DNA from: Terriglobia bacterium
Lineage (GTDB): Bacteria; Acidobacteriota; Terriglobia; JAJPHL01; JAPKYU01
NCBI GenBank assembly: GCA_965206645.1
Contig: CBDBKE010000004.1
Span: forward strand, 1,760,001-1,824,000
DNA length: 64,000 bases
Reading direction: 5' to 3'
In this document: positions 31,412-41,757 of the stretch, piece after piece
Position numbering within the stretch: the stretch's first letter is position 1
How the letters are laid out: each line of letters opens with the position of its first letter
Notes under the pieces: model-generated
Seen by the model: only the letters and a program-made list of their open reading frames with translations
The model's database searches: none
What the model was told of the DNA's origin: nothing
Program-made: the position numbers and the translations under genes

Positions 31412-33853
31412 ATGACGCCACGCTACATTTGTATCCATGCCCATTTCTACCAGCCTCCCCGCGAGAACCCGGGGTTGGAAGCGATCGAAATGCAAGACTC
31501 GGCCTATCCCTATCACGACTGGAACGAGCGAATCACGGCCGAGTGTTACGCGCCGAATGCGAACTCGCGCATCCTGGACGGCGAGGGGCGCATCATCAAG
31601 ATCGTCAACAACTACGCCAAACTCAGCTTCAACTTCGGCCCCACGCTGATTGCATGGCTGGAGCAACAGTCGCCGGAAGTCTATCGGGCCATTCTCGCAG
31701 CGGACCAGGAAAGCCAGGAGAGGTTTTCGGGGCACGGGTCCGCGCTGGCCCAAGCCTACAACCACATGATCCTGCCGCTGGCCAACCGCCGCGACAAGGA
31801 GACGCAAGTCATTTGGGGCATCCGCGACTTTCAGGCTCGCTTCGGCCGGCCTCCGGAAGGGATGTGGCTGCCGGAAACCGCCGTGGACCTGGAAACGCTG
31901 CGCATTCTGGTCGAGCAAGGGATCCGCTTCACCATTTTGGCGCCGACGCAGGCTCGCCGCGTTCGCCCGCCCGGCGGCCGCTGGCGCGACGTGCGCGGGG
32001 GGCGAGTGGACCCCTCGATGCCCTATCAGCTCCACCTTGGAGCCGGCCGCAGCATCCATCTGTTCTTTTACGACGGCCCCATCTCGCGTGGCGTCGCTTT
32101 TGAAAATCTACTGATCCAGGGTGAGCACCTGGCCCACCGGCTCACGGAGGGTTTTGATGAGTCACGTTCCGGACCGCAACTCGTGCACATCGCGACGGAC
32201 GGGGAAACCTACGGCCATCACCACCGGCACGGCGAAATGGCGCTTTCCTATGCCCTGGAATACATCGAATCCAATAATCTGGCAAAAAGCACCAATTACG
32301 GCGAGTACCTAGAGCGGCACCCACCCACCCACGAAGTGGAAATCTTCGAGAACAGCTCCTGGAGCTGCTCTCATGGGGTTGAACGCTGGCGAAGCAGCTG
32401 CGGCTGTGACTCGGGGACGCACTCCGGCTGGCACCAGCGGTGGCGAGGCCCGTTGCGCGAGGCGCTCGACTGGTTGCGGGATGCGCTGGCTCCCTTCTAT
32501 GACCAACAGGCCGGGAAGCTCCTGCGAGATCCCTGGGCGGCCCGCAATGATTACATCGAGGTGATTCTGGATCGCTCCCCAGAGTCGGTGGAGCGGTTCT
32601 TCGAACGGCATGCGATCCGGGCGATGTCGGAGGAAGAACAGGTCGAAGCTCTCAAGCTCCTGGAACTCGAGCGTCAGGCGATGCTGATGTATACCAGTTG
32701 CGGCTGGTTCTTCGATGATCTGTCCGGCTTGGAGACCGTGCAGGTGCTGCAATACGCCGGACGCGCCCTGCAACTGGCCGGCGATCTGTCGGATGAGCCG
32801 TTGGAAGCGCGGTTTCTGGATCTGCTGGAGCGAGCCAAGAGCAATCTGAACGAGCACCGCGACGGCCGCCGCATCTACGAAAAGTGGGTGAAGCCGTCCC
32901 TGGTGGACTTGCACAAGGTGGGCGCTCACTATGCCGTCAGTTCGATGTTCGAAAGTCCCGACAAGGCAGCGCAAACGTATTGTTACGACATCGACCGGGA
33001 GGACCTCCGTCTGCAGACTGCAGGAAAAGCGAAATTTGCCCTAGGCCGTGCCAAACTCGTCTCCCGGATCACGCGAGAGTCCGCCCGAATGACCTTCGGA
33101 GTTCTGCATCTGGGCGACCACAATGTGCGGGCCCAGATGCGGCAGTTCCGGGGAGAGCAGGCCTACCAGGAGCTGGCCAAAGAAGTCACTGAAGCCTTCG
33201 AGGCCGGAGATTCCCCTGAGCTGCTCCGCATCGTGGGAAAACACTTCGAATCGAGCGCACACACGCTGAAACTGCTCTTTCGCGACGAGCAGCGCAAGAT
33301 TCTGCAGCTGATCCTGGAGTCGGTGCTGGCCGAGACCGAGACCGCCTACCGCCGGATCTACCAGGACCACACCGCCTTGATGCGCTTCCTGACATCGCTG
33401 GGGATGCCCCAGCCGCACCGCTTCGAAATCGCCGCCGAGTTCACTCTCAACGCGGACCTGCGCCAAGCCATGGAGTCCGACAGCCTAGACCGGGAGCGCA
33501 TTTACGCGCTGTTGGACGAGGCCACCAATGCCGGAGTCGAGCTAGACGAAGCCACCCTGGAGTTTGCCCTCCGCCGCAAGATTGAGCGACTGACGAGTCG
33601 GTTCCGCGAACAACCCGCCGATCTGAACCACCTGCAAGCACTAGACCTGGCGGTGGAGCTGGCCGGCTCGATGCCGTTTGAAGTCAACCTTTGGACAACC
33701 CAGAACAACTACTACGAGACGATGCAGAACCTCTACCCGGATTTTCTCGCCAAGGGCGACCACGGGGATGAAACGGCACAGGCTTGGGTGAACCAGTTCC
33801 GGGCACTGGGGGAAAAGCTTCGGGTCCGGGTGGACGCAGGAACCAACGGATGA
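31412..33853 (+). CDS. GH57-family glycoside hydrolase with DUF3536-type C-terminus
   Basis: HAHFYQPPRENP, GMWLPETAVD, ATDGETYGHH and MYTSCGWFFD motifs. Confidence 0.88.
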   Translation: MTPRYICIHAHFYQPPRENPGLEAIEMQDSAYPYHDWNERITAECYAPNANSRILDGEGRIIKIVNNYAKLSFNFGPTLIAWLEQQSPEVYRAILAADQESQERFSGHGSALAQAYNHMILPLANRRDKETQVIWGIRDFQARFGRPPEGMWLPETAVDLETLRILVEQGIRFTILAPTQARRVRPPGGRWRDVRGGRVDPSMPYQLHLGAGRSIHLFFYDGPISRGVAFENLLIQGEHLAHRLTEGFDESRSGPQLVHIATDGETYGHHHRHGEMALSYALEYIESNNLAKSTNYGEYLERHPPTHEVEIFENSSWSCSHGVERWRSSCGCDSGTHSGWHQRWRGPLREALDWLRDALAPFYDQQAGKLLRDPWAARNDYIEVILDRSPESVERFFERHAIRAMSEEEQVEALKLLELERQAMLMYTSCGWFFDDLSGLETVQVLQYAGRALQLAGDLSDEPLEARFLDLLERAKSNLNEHRDGRRIYEKWVKPSLVDLHKVGAHYAVSSMFESPDKAAQTYCYDIDREDLRLQTAGKAKFALGRAKLVSRITRESARMTFGVLHLGDHNVRAQMRQFRGEQAYQELAKEVTEAFEAGDSPELLRIVGKHFESSAHTLKLLFRDEQRKILQLILESVLAETETAYRRIYQDHTALMRFLTSLGMPQPHRFEIAAEFTLNADLRQAMESDSLDRERIYALLDEATNAGVELDEATLEFALRRKIERLTSRFREQPADLNHLQALDLAVELAGSMPFEVNLWTTQNNYYETMQNLYPDFLAKGDHGDETAQAWVNQFRALGEKLRVRVDAGTNG

Positions 33854-36777
33854 CGCCTCGGCGCGTGCCGGTTGCGACCTACCGGGTTCAGTTCAGCCGC
33901 AGCTTCCGTTTCACTCACGCCCGCGATCTGGTGCCCTACCTGCATGAATTGGGGATCACCGACCTGTATGCTTCGCCTTGCCTGCGGTCGCGCAGGGGCA
34001 GCCCGCACGGCTACGACGTGGTCGACCCGCTGGGGCTCAACTCCGAGCTTGGAACGGAAGATGAATTCGATCAGTTGGTCCAGCAGCTCCAACATCACGA
34101 CATGGGTTTGCTGCTGGACATTGTCCCCAACCACATGGCCGCCAGCGCGGAAAACCCCTGGTGGATGGATGTGCTGGAGAATGGCCCCAGCTCTCCCTAT
34201 GCCTCTTACTTCGACATTGACTGGCACCCGCCCACCACCAAGGCGTCCTTCTTGCAGAAAAACAAGATCCTGTTGCCGGTGTTGGGCGACACCTACAGCA
34301 CAGTTCTGGAAAATCAGCAACTGTCCCTGGAGCTTGACCGAAACGGCTTTTTCATTCGCTATTTCGAGACGCGCCTGCCTCTCGAGCCGAAATCCTATCG
34401 GCTCATTCTTGAGCACTGCCTGGGGAGCATGCGCCAATCGGCCGCCCGCAGCGCGCCGAGCGCTCAGGAGTTATCTGCCATTGCGGACGCCGCAGGGCGA
34501 CTGCCCAACTACACAACCCAAATCCCCGAGGAGATCGAAGCAAGGCGGCGCGGCAAAGAACAAATCCAGCAGCGGCTGGGGAGGCTGTATCTACTCGATC
34601 TGGCCGATCTGGCCGATCTGGAATTCCGCGAATGCCTGGATGAAACGCTGCGCTTTTTTAATGGAACCGCGGGAGAGCCAAAGAGCTTCGATCCCCTGGA
34701 TCAGCTCCTGGCCGGCCAACCGTATCGGTTGGCGCATTGGAAAATTGCTGCTGAAGAGATCAACTATCGTCGCTTCTTCGATATCAACGACCTAGTCAGC
34801 TTGCAGGTCGCTGACCCCAGGGTATTCCGTGCCACCCACGCCAGGATCTTTCAACTCGTTAAAGAAAGGAAAGTGACCGGATTGCGGGTGGATCACATTG
34901 ACGGGCTGTACGACCCCCTGGCTTATCTTCACCGGCTCCAAGACGCGGCGGCCGCATCGCTCGAGGAAGGCAAAGGGCGTCCCTTCCACGTGGTTGTGGA
35001 GAAGATCCTGGGCGGCGACGAAGTCCTCCCGGAGGAATGGCCCATCAGCGGCACGATCGGCTATGACTATCTCCATCCGTTGAATGGCGTGTTCCTCAAT
35101 GCGCCGGGCTTACAGGCGCTGGAGGCCACCTACGCCCAATTTACGGGAACCCAGGAGCCGTTCGCCGACATTTGCTACCAGCGGAAAAAGCAGGTGATGG
35201 AACAGCTCTTTCAGGGGGAGATCTCCACACTAACGCACGAACTCGGGAAACTGGCAGCGCAGGTTCGCAACGCGCGAGACCTGCCGTTATCGGAACTCTC
35301 GCAGGCGCTGGTGGAAACCACGGCCTGCCTGCCCGTCTACAGAACCTACATCCGCGACGTCCGGGTACGCCCTAGCGACCGCGTTTACATCGAGCGCACC
35401 CTGAAGGCGGCGCGTCAGCGAACTCCGCCGGATCAGGTCAGCCCTTCCGCCTTTGCCTTCCTCCAGCAAGTGCTTCTGCTCCATCCTCCCGACTACCTGA
35501 AAAACCAGAAAGAGGAGTGGTTGCGTTTCGTGATGCGCTGGCAACAGTTCACCGGGCCGGTGATGGGCAAGGGTCTGGAAGACACTGCCTTTTACGTCCA
35601 CAACAGCCTGATTTCCCTCAACGAGGTGGGCGGCGATCCACTCCGGCAGAATCTGCCGCTGGACACCGATGCGTTCCACCGGTTCAACAAGCAGCGTCAG
35701 ACCGACTGGCCACACACGCTGAACGCCACTTCCACTCATGACACCAAGCGCAGCGAAGACGTACGAGCCCGAATCAGCGTCCTGGCGGAGCTGTCCGAGG
35801 AGTGGGCGAGCTGTTTGCAGCGATGGCGGCGGTGGAACCAGGCAAAGAAACAGAAAATGGACGACTGCTTGGTGCCGGTGCCCAGCGAAGAGGTCCTGCT
35901 CTATCAGACGATGTTGGGCACCTGGCAGACGATGCTGGGTGCCTGGCCAGGGGAGCAGGATGAACTGCCGTCGCTAAGAGATCGGCTGCAAGCCTACATG
36001 CTCAAGGCGGCACGCGAAGCCAAGCAGCACACCAGTTGGATCCGCACCAACGCGGCACACGAGCAGGCACTCAGCCATTTTGTTGGAGCTATCCTGGAAG
36101 AGTCGGGCGCCAACCGCTTCCTCCGCGACTTCACCAACTTCCAGAAGAAAATCGCCCATTACGGCGCGCTCAACAGCCTGTCGGCGCTTCTGCTGAAAAT
36201 CGCCTCGCCCGGCTTGCCCGACCTCTACCAGGGCACCGAGCTATGGAACTTCACCTTGGTGGACCCGGACAACCGACGCCCGGTGGACTTTCTGAAACGG
36301 GCGCACATGCTGGATGAGCTTGAGCGACAGGCGGCGTCCGGCCCTGCTTCGGTGGCGCGAGACCTGCTGGCTCACTGGCCGGACGGCTGCATCAAGCTCT
36401 ACCTCACCTGGAAGGCGCTGAACTTCCGCCGCGCCCACCGGGAGGTGTTCAGCGAGGGGGCCTATCTCCCACTGGAGAGCACCGGCAAGCGCAAGGAAAA
36501 CCTCTGCGCCTTCGCCCGCCGCCGGGGCCAGAGCTGGGCCGTTGTGGCAGTGCCCCGGATGGTCACGCGGCTGGTGGAAGAGGGCAAATTTCCACTCGGG
36601 CAGCCGATTTGGGGGGCAGAGAGCCTCCGCCTGCCCGGTGACGCGCCTCGCCGTTGGGTCAACGTCCTAACCGGAGAGCCGATAGATGCCGCCTCCGCGA
36701 GAAAGCAAAACCTTCTCCGCCTCCACAGCGTGTTTCGCAGTTTCCCGGTTGCGTTGCTGGCAGTCCGTCCCGCTTGA
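33850..36777 (+). CDS. treY: Malto-oligosyltrehalose synthase
   Basis: ATYRVQF, GSPHGYDV, DIVPNHM, GLRVDHIDGL and STHDTKRSED motifs; ATGA overlap with the upstream gene. Confidence 0.95.
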   Translation: MTPRRVPVATYRVQFSRSFRFTHARDLVPYLHELGITDLYASPCLRSRRGSPHGYDVVDPLGLNSELGTEDEFDQLVQQLQHHDMGLLLDIVPNHMAASAENPWWMDVLENGPSSPYASYFDIDWHPPTTKASFLQKNKILLPVLGDTYSTVLENQQLSLELDRNGFFIRYFETRLPLEPKSYRLILEHCLGSMRQSAARSAPSAQELSAIADAAGRLPNYTTQIPEEIEARRRGKEQIQQRLGRLYLLDLADLADLEFRECLDETLRFFNGTAGEPKSFDPLDQLLAGQPYRLAHWKIAAEEINYRRFFDINDLVSLQVADPRVFRATHARIFQLVKERKVTGLRVDHIDGLYDPLAYLHRLQDAAAASLEEGKGRPFHVVVEKILGGDEVLPEEWPISGTIGYDYLHPLNGVFLNAPGLQALEATYAQFTGTQEPFADICYQRKKQVMEQLFQGEISTLTHELGKLAAQVRNARDLPLSELSQALVETTACLPVYRTYIRDVRVRPSDRVYIERTLKAARQRTPPDQVSPSAFAFLQQVLLLHPPDYLKNQKEEWLRFVMRWQQFTGPVMGKGLEDTAFYVHNSLISLNEVGGDPLRQNLPLDTDAFHRFNKQRQTDWPHTLNATSTHDTKRSEDVRARISVLAELSEEWASCLQRWRRWNQAKKQKMDDCLVPVPSEEVLLYQTMLGTWQTMLGAWPGEQDELPSLRDRLQAYMLKAAREAKQHTSWIRTNAAHEQALSHFVGAILEESGANRFLRDFTNFQKKIAHYGALNSLSALLLKIASPGLPDLYQGTELWNFTLVDPDNRRPVDFLKRAHMLDELERQAASGPASVARDLLAHWPDGCIKLYLTWKALNFRRAHREVFSEGAYLPLESTGKRKENLCAFARRRGQSWAVVAVPRMVTRLVEEGKFPLGQPIWGAESLRLPGDAPRRWVNVLTGEPIDAASARKQNLLRLHSVFRSFPVALLAVRPA

Positions 36778-36804
36778 GCAGGCGCTGAGCAGGGGCTGAG
36801 CAGG
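36775..36804. repeat. 3x 11-bp-period repeat TGAGCAGG at the treY stop
   Basis: TGAGCAGG-CGC-TGAGCAGG-GGC-TGAGCAGG between the convergent treY and rimI genes. Confidence 0.8.
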
Positions 36805-36833
36805 TGAAGCCCCAGTGTGGCCGAAGTCTGTCT

Positions 36834-37295
36834 CTACGGCGACGGAGCGTGCCGTTCACGGCCCAGAAGCAGGGCGTCTTCCATGGGCGCTCGGTAGTAG
36901 GCGCGGCGGCGCCCGAGGACGGTAAAACCGTGCTGCCGGTAGAAGACGAGGGCGGGCTGGTTCGACTCACGCACCTCCAACCAAATCTTGCGCGCGCCCG
37001 CGGCCGCCAAGCGGCGTAAGGCTTCTGCCAGCAGCTCGGTGCCCAGTCCTAGCCGGCGCTGTTCCGGCAGCACGGCTATGTTCAGCAGCTCAGCTTCCTC
37101 GGCCACGGTGCACGCCACCAACAGGCCGGCCAGGGTTCCGGGCGGCTGCTCGACTATCAGGCAAACGCGCTCCGGCCCAGCGTCTGCAGCCAATCGTTCG
37201 TAGTCATCGGCCGGCCAGTCGACCGCACCTGGGCAGGCCCTGACTAGCTCGGCCGCCCGCTTCCCTTCCCCAGGTCGCAACAGACGGATCATCAT
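36834..37295 (-). CDS. rimI: Ribosomal-protein-alanine N-acetyltransferase
   Basis: GNAT motifs ELLNIAV, RRLGLG, LEVRESNQPALVFY and RRAYY; directly downstream of tsaB. Confidence 0.88.
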   Translation of the reverse strand: MMIRLLRPGEGKRAAELVRACPGAVDWPADDYERLAADAGPERVCLIVEQPPGTLAGLLVACTVAEEAELLNIAVLPEQRRLGLGTELLAEALRRLAAAGARKIWLEVRESNQPALVFYRQHGFTVLGRRRAYYRAPMEDALLLGRERHAPSP

Positions 37296-37350
37296 CGCAA
37301 GCTCAGAAAGAATGCGCTGCGTGACCACTCGCTCAGGCGTGGGGCTCGGT

Positions 37351-38100
37351 TCACGACTTTTTTCGAGAACGGGAGCGGAAGATTTCGGCGTCGGCCCGGC
37401 GAAGGTAGTTTGCGTCGGCAGCCTCCGCTGTGAGTACCTGGCCGTTGCAATAGGCGGCATAGGCCAGGCGCGCCACTGCCCCCGCCAGCGTCCGCCCGGT
37501 CACCAGACGTGCACAGTGGGCCACGGCGCCCTGGCCGCTGCTGAATAAAGCGAACAAGCGCTCAACGTCCGGGCCACAAAAGGCGGCGTCGCTCGCTGGC
37601 AGCTTTAGACCGGCAAGCCACTCTTCCAGGGCTTCGGGCCGCGCCACCATCTCCTCCGCCAGCGAGCGCAAGGGGCCGGCGGGTTTCACCGGCTCGGTGC
37701 GTTCGTAGACGCCGGCGAAGAGTTCTCCTCGCCGGGCATCCAGCAGCGGAATCAGTACGCGTGGCCCCGGAGGCGCCAGCGCCGCCGTGGCCACCAGATT
37801 GGACACCGGCGCCACAGGCTTCCCTTCGACGGCTGCCAGGCCCTTGGCCGCAGTCAACCCCACCCGCACTCCGGTAAAGGAGCCCGGTCCGGCGGCAGCA
37901 GCAAACAAGTCCACCTCGGCCAGACCAACCCGGTGGCGCTCCAGCAGCGCGCGAATCTCTTGAAACACCACCTTAGAGAATGCTTGGCGCGACTGCACCT
38001 CGTGGCACTCCAGCAGCCGCGTGCCCCGCGAGAGCGCCAGGCTGCCGTGCTCGCTGGTGGTGTCGATGGCCAGCACCAGGATGGAAGACGGACTCTGCAC
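37351..38100 (-). CDS. tsaB: tRNA threonylcarbamoyladenosine biosynthesis protein TsaB
   Basis: LAIDTT, GPGSFTGVRVG, DARRGE and YLR motifs. Confidence 0.93.
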   Translation of the reverse strand: MQSPSSILVLAIDTTSEHGSLALSRGTRLLECHEVQSRQAFSKVVFQEIRALLERHRVGLAEVDLFAAAAGPGSFTGVRVGLTAAKGLAAVEGKPVAPVSNLVATAALAPPGPRVLIPLLDARRGELFAGVYERTEPVKPAGPLRSLAEEMVARPEALEEWLAGLKLPASDAAFCGPDVERLFALFSSGQGAVAHCARLVTGRTLAGAVARLAYAAYCNGQVLTAEAADANYLRRADAEIFRSRSRKKS

Positions 38101-38192
38101 CGTCTTCCATCATAAACCGCCGAAGGGCGAATCCGGCTTCTGCCTGCGAAGCGCTGCTTGTTCAGTCTGCTGGGCGGGCGGTATGCTGAACT

Positions 38193-39485
38193 GTGATGAG
38201 TGAGGGAACAGTCACTCTGTTCTGCAAGAACTTTTTCTGCCAACCGCTGTCACGGAGGAAACGCGGGAGGGGCTGGAGTTGTGAAGTGCTGCATGTAACG
38301 CTAGCAATAGCACTGGCGGCCGTAGGTGCGTCAGCGCGTGTCCAGACGGGCATCGAAGTGCTGGCGGCACAGCAATTCGCACCGCTGGCGGGAAAGCGCG
38401 TCGGGCTCATCACCAACCACACCGGCCAAACGCCCGATGGCCGCCGAACCATTGACTTGTTACACCGTGCCCCAGGCGTACGCCTGAAGGCCATCTTTGC
38501 CCCCGAGCATGGCCTGCGCGGAACGCGCGAGGATCGAAACGTTGAGTCCGGCAGAGATCCGGCCACCGGTGTGCCCGTCTACAGCCTCTACCAGCGCGGC
38601 CGATACCGGCCCACCCCGGAGATGTTGTGCGGGCTGGACGCGCTAGTCTACGACATACAGGACATCGGCGCCCGCTTCTACACCTACATCACCACGCTCG
38701 GCTACATGCTGGAGGAAGCGGCCAGGGCGAAAATTTCCATCTACGTGCTGGACCGGCCCAATCCCATCAACGGTGTGGCGGTCGAAGGACCGATGCTAGA
38801 AGAAAAGTATTTCTCCTTCGTGGGCTACATGCCCATGCCCATCCGCCACGGCATGACCGTGGGCGAGTTGGCCCGCATGTTCAACGGCGAGAAGAAGCTG
38901 GGCGCCGAGGTGCACGTGATTCGGATGCGGGGCTGGCACCGCAGCCAGTGGATGGACGAAACCGGTCTGCCCTGGGTGAACCCCTCGCCCAACATCCGCA
39001 GCCTGACTCAGGCCATTCTCTATCCGGGCGTCTGCCTGCTGGAGTCCAAGCAGGTCTCGGTGGGACGCGGCACCGCCACGCCCTTCCAGCTGGTGGGCGC
39101 GCCGTGGTTCCAGGCGCGCCAGATGGCCGAGTACCTGAACGCGCGCCAAGTGGCAGGCGTGCGCTTCCGCGCTCGCCGATTTCGCCCCAACTCCAGCCTG
39201 TTCCGGGGCCAGCAGTGCGAGGGGGTCGAGGTGTTGCTGACCGACCGCAATGCGCTCAACGCGGTGGCGTTAGGGGTGGAGCTGCTGTCGGCGGTGGTGA
39301 AGTTCCATCCCGGCAAGTTCGATCTGGGCGGCATCATGCGCCTGCTGGGTAACGACGCGACCGCCGCCCGCATCCTTTCGCTTGTCAAACAGGCCGGCGA
39401 AGACCCCCGCCACATCGTCGAAAGCTGGCAGGCGGAGCTAAAGGCTTTCCGCAAACTGCGCTCCCGCTACCTGCTCTACGACTGA
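38193..39485 (+). CDS. Exo-beta-N-acetylmuramidase NamZ family (DUF1343)
   Basis: GLITNHTG, FAPEHG, DIQDIGARFYTY, LDRPNP, RHGMTVGE and SVGRGT motifs; start uncertain. Confidence 0.88.
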   Translation: MMSEGTVTLFCKNFFCQPLSRRKRGRGWSCEVLHVTLAIALAAVGASARVQTGIEVLAAQQFAPLAGKRVGLITNHTGQTPDGRRTIDLLHRAPGVRLKAIFAPEHGLRGTREDRNVESGRDPATGVPVYSLYQRGRYRPTPEMLCGLDALVYDIQDIGARFYTYITTLGYMLEEAARAKISIYVLDRPNPINGVAVEGPMLEEKYFSFVGYMPMPIRHGMTVGELARMFNGEKKLGAEVHVIRMRGWHRSQWMDETGLPWVNPSPNIRSLTQAILYPGVCLLESKQVSVGRGTATPFQLVGAPWFQARQMAEYLNARQVAGVRFRARRFRPNSSLFRGQQCEGVEVLLTDRNALNAVALGVELLSAVVKFHPGKFDLGGIMRLLGNDATAARILSLVKQAGEDPRHIVESWQAELKAFRKLRSRYLLYD

Positions 39486-39539
39486 ATTCCCAATCGGGAT
39501 CTTCGCTGCACGCTACACGCCGGGCCTGCCGTTGCGGAA

Positions 39540-39548
39540 TGCTATAAT
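39540..39548 (+). promoter_or_regulatory. Extended -10 promoter element for mrp
   Basis: TGCTATAAT 20 nt upstream of the ATG, followed by an AGAGGA RBS. Confidence 0.55.
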
Positions 39549-39568
39549 CTGCGGAAGAGGAACTTTCG

Positions 39569-40654
39569 ATGAGCAAGGTCAATGACCAGCAGGTAATGCA
39601 GGCGCTCGGCAACGTGCTCGAGCCGGAGCGAGGGAAGGACATCGTCTCGCTCAACATGGTGCGGAACCTGGTGGTGCACGACGGCCTTGTGGCCCTGACG
39701 GTTCTAGTCAGCAACCCTAACTATCCGCACCAGGGGAAAATCGAACACAGCGTGCGCGCGGAGTTGATGAAGCTACCAGGCGTCATCGAAGTGCAGGTGA
39801 AATTCGCCGCCCCAGGACCGCAGGCCAACCCCGGAGGAGCAGATAAGGCGCCCATTCCCGGCGTGAAGAACCTCATTGCCGTTGCCTCCGGAAAGGGCGG
39901 AGTGGGCAAGACCACGGTAGCGGTGAACCTGGCGGTGGCTATGGCACGTCTGGGATCTCGCGTGGGCCTGATGGACGCCGACGTCTACGGACCCAATGTG
40001 CCGCTAATGATGGGTACCAGCGAAACGCCCCAGGCGCGGGGGGACCGGATTCTGCCGCTCAAGAGCTACGGCGTGCGGATGATGTCCATGGGCTTTCTTA
40101 ATCCGGGCGACCGCCCAGTGATCTGGCGCGGCCCGATGCTGCACAGCGTCATCCAGCAATTCATCCGCAACGTCGAGTGGGGCGAGCTGGACTACCTGGT
40201 GGTGGACCTGCCGCCGGGCACAGGGGACGTCCAGTTGACGCTGCTGCAGACGGTGCCCATCACCGGGGCGATCATCGTCACTACCCCTTCCGACGTGGCG
40301 CTGGAGGATGCGCGCAAGGCCATCGCCATGTTCCGCCAGGTGAAGGCGGAGGTGCTCGGAGTAGTAGAGAACATGAGCTACTTCGTCTGCCCGCACTGCG
40401 GCAACCAGGTGGACGTGTTCAGCCACGGGGGAGGCGAGCGCCTCGCTCAGCAGTTCGGCGTGCCGTTCCTGGGCCACGTGCCCCTCGATCCGGACATCCG
40501 GGTGGGCGGCGACACCGGTGCCCCTGTGGGGGCGCGCGGGCCGGACGCTCCGCAGGCCAAGGCGTTCTACGACCTAGCCCGAACCGCAGTAGAACGGATC
40601 CGCGAGGCCGGCTCCTCCGCGGGTCCCGAGCCAGTGGTGCGCATCCGCGACTAG
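39569..40654 (+). CDS. mrp: Mrp/ApbC/NBP35 Fe-S cluster carrier ATPase
   Basis: N-terminal DUF59-like domain, SGKGGVGKTT, DADVYGP, DLPPGTGD and ENMSYFVCPHC motifs. Confidence 0.95.
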   Translation: MSKVNDQQVMQALGNVLEPERGKDIVSLNMVRNLVVHDGLVALTVLVSNPNYPHQGKIEHSVRAELMKLPGVIEVQVKFAAPGPQANPGGADKAPIPGVKNLIAVASGKGGVGKTTVAVNLAVAMARLGSRVGLMDADVYGPNVPLMMGTSETPQARGDRILPLKSYGVRMMSMGFLNPGDRPVIWRGPMLHSVIQQFIRNVEWGELDYLVVDLPPGTGDVQLTLLQTVPITGAIIVTTPSDVALEDARKAIAMFRQVKAEVLGVVENMSYFVCPHCGNQVDVFSHGGGERLAQQFGVPFLGHVPLDPDIRVGGDTGAPVGARGPDAPQAKAFYDLARTAVERIREAGSSAGPEPVVRIRD

Positions 40655-40673
40655 TAACGGGACCGTCTGCACC

Positions 40674-41696
40674 ATGATGCCTACGATTGTTCTGTTTGAG
40701 CCGATCCATGAGCACGGTCAGCAGCTGCTGGCGACTGCCGGCGAGCTAGTGGTCCCGGAGTCGCTGGACGAGGGCGCGCTGCTGCCGCTCATCGCTCGCG
40801 CCGATGCGATGGTATTGCGGGCCGTGGGAGCGGCCAGCCGACGCCTGATGGAAGCCGCCCCCCGGCTCAAGGTGGTGGGCCGGCATGGTATCGGGGTGGA
40901 CAATGTGGATGTAGCTGCCGCTACGGAGCTGGGCATCTGGGTGGTCAACACGCCGGACGCTCCCAGCGAATCGGTCGCTGAGCACTTCTTCCTGCTCGCG
41001 CTGGCCCTCTGCCGTCGGTTCCAACTGGCCGAGGGAAGCCTCCGGCGAGGCGATTGGAAGGCCCGCAGCCGCGCGACCGGCATCGAACTGGAAGGCAAGA
41101 CGGTGGGCTTTGTGGGCTTCGGGCGCATCGGCAGTTTGACCGCCCGCAAGTGCCACGCTGCTTTCAACACCCGTATCCTTTACAGCGACGTCGTGGCGGC
41201 TCCGCCTGAAGTGGAACGAGCTTGCGGCGCCCAGCGGGTGCCGCTGGAGCAGGTGCTGGCCCAATCCGACCTGGTCACGCTGCTGGTTCCGCTTACGCCG
41301 CAGACCCACCACTTGATCGGCGCCCAGGAAATCGCGCAGATGAAACCGACCGCCTACCTGATCAACCTGTGCCGCGGGCCGGTCTGGGACGAAGGCGCAG
41401 TGCTCCGCGCGCTGGTCGAGCGCCGCATCGCTGGCGCGGCCACCGACGTCTTTGAACAGGAGCCGCCCGGCCAGACGGGGCGGATGTTGCTGGCGCTCAC
41501 CAACTTTGTCGCCACCCCGCACATTGCCGGAGTCACGCAGGAGTCGCTGGTGCGCATGAGCAAGGTGGCCGAAGACATTGTGCGCATCCTGAAGGGCGAG
41601 CCGCCACGCTGGCCCGTCAACCGCCCACCCCACCCCCGCGACGCCGTAGTTCCTAGCACTCCGCGAAAAGATGGGAAGAAGAAAGGGAGGCGATGA
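40674..41696 (+). CDS. D-isomer-specific 2-hydroxyacid dehydrogenase (SerA-like)
   Basis: GIGVDNVD, GFGRIG, INLCRG, DVFEQEP and TPHIAG motifs. Confidence 0.9.
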   Translation: MMPTIVLFEPIHEHGQQLLATAGELVVPESLDEGALLPLIARADAMVLRAVGAASRRLMEAAPRLKVVGRHGIGVDNVDVAAATELGIWVVNTPDAPSESVAEHFFLLALALCRRFQLAEGSLRRGDWKARSRATGIELEGKTVGFVGFGRIGSLTARKCHAAFNTRILYSDVVAAPPEVERACGAQRVPLEQVLAQSDLVTLLVPLTPQTHHLIGAQEIAQMKPTAYLINLCRGPVWDEGAVLRALVERRIAGAATDVFEQEPPGQTGRMLLALTNFVATPHIAGVTQESLVRMSKVAEDIVRILKGEPPRWPVNRPPHPRDAVVPSTPRKDGKKKGRR

Positions 41697-41757
41697 GGAC
41701 ACACGGAGCAGGGCGCGCCCTATACGGGATCAGCATTTTGCAAACATCGTGAATTGC

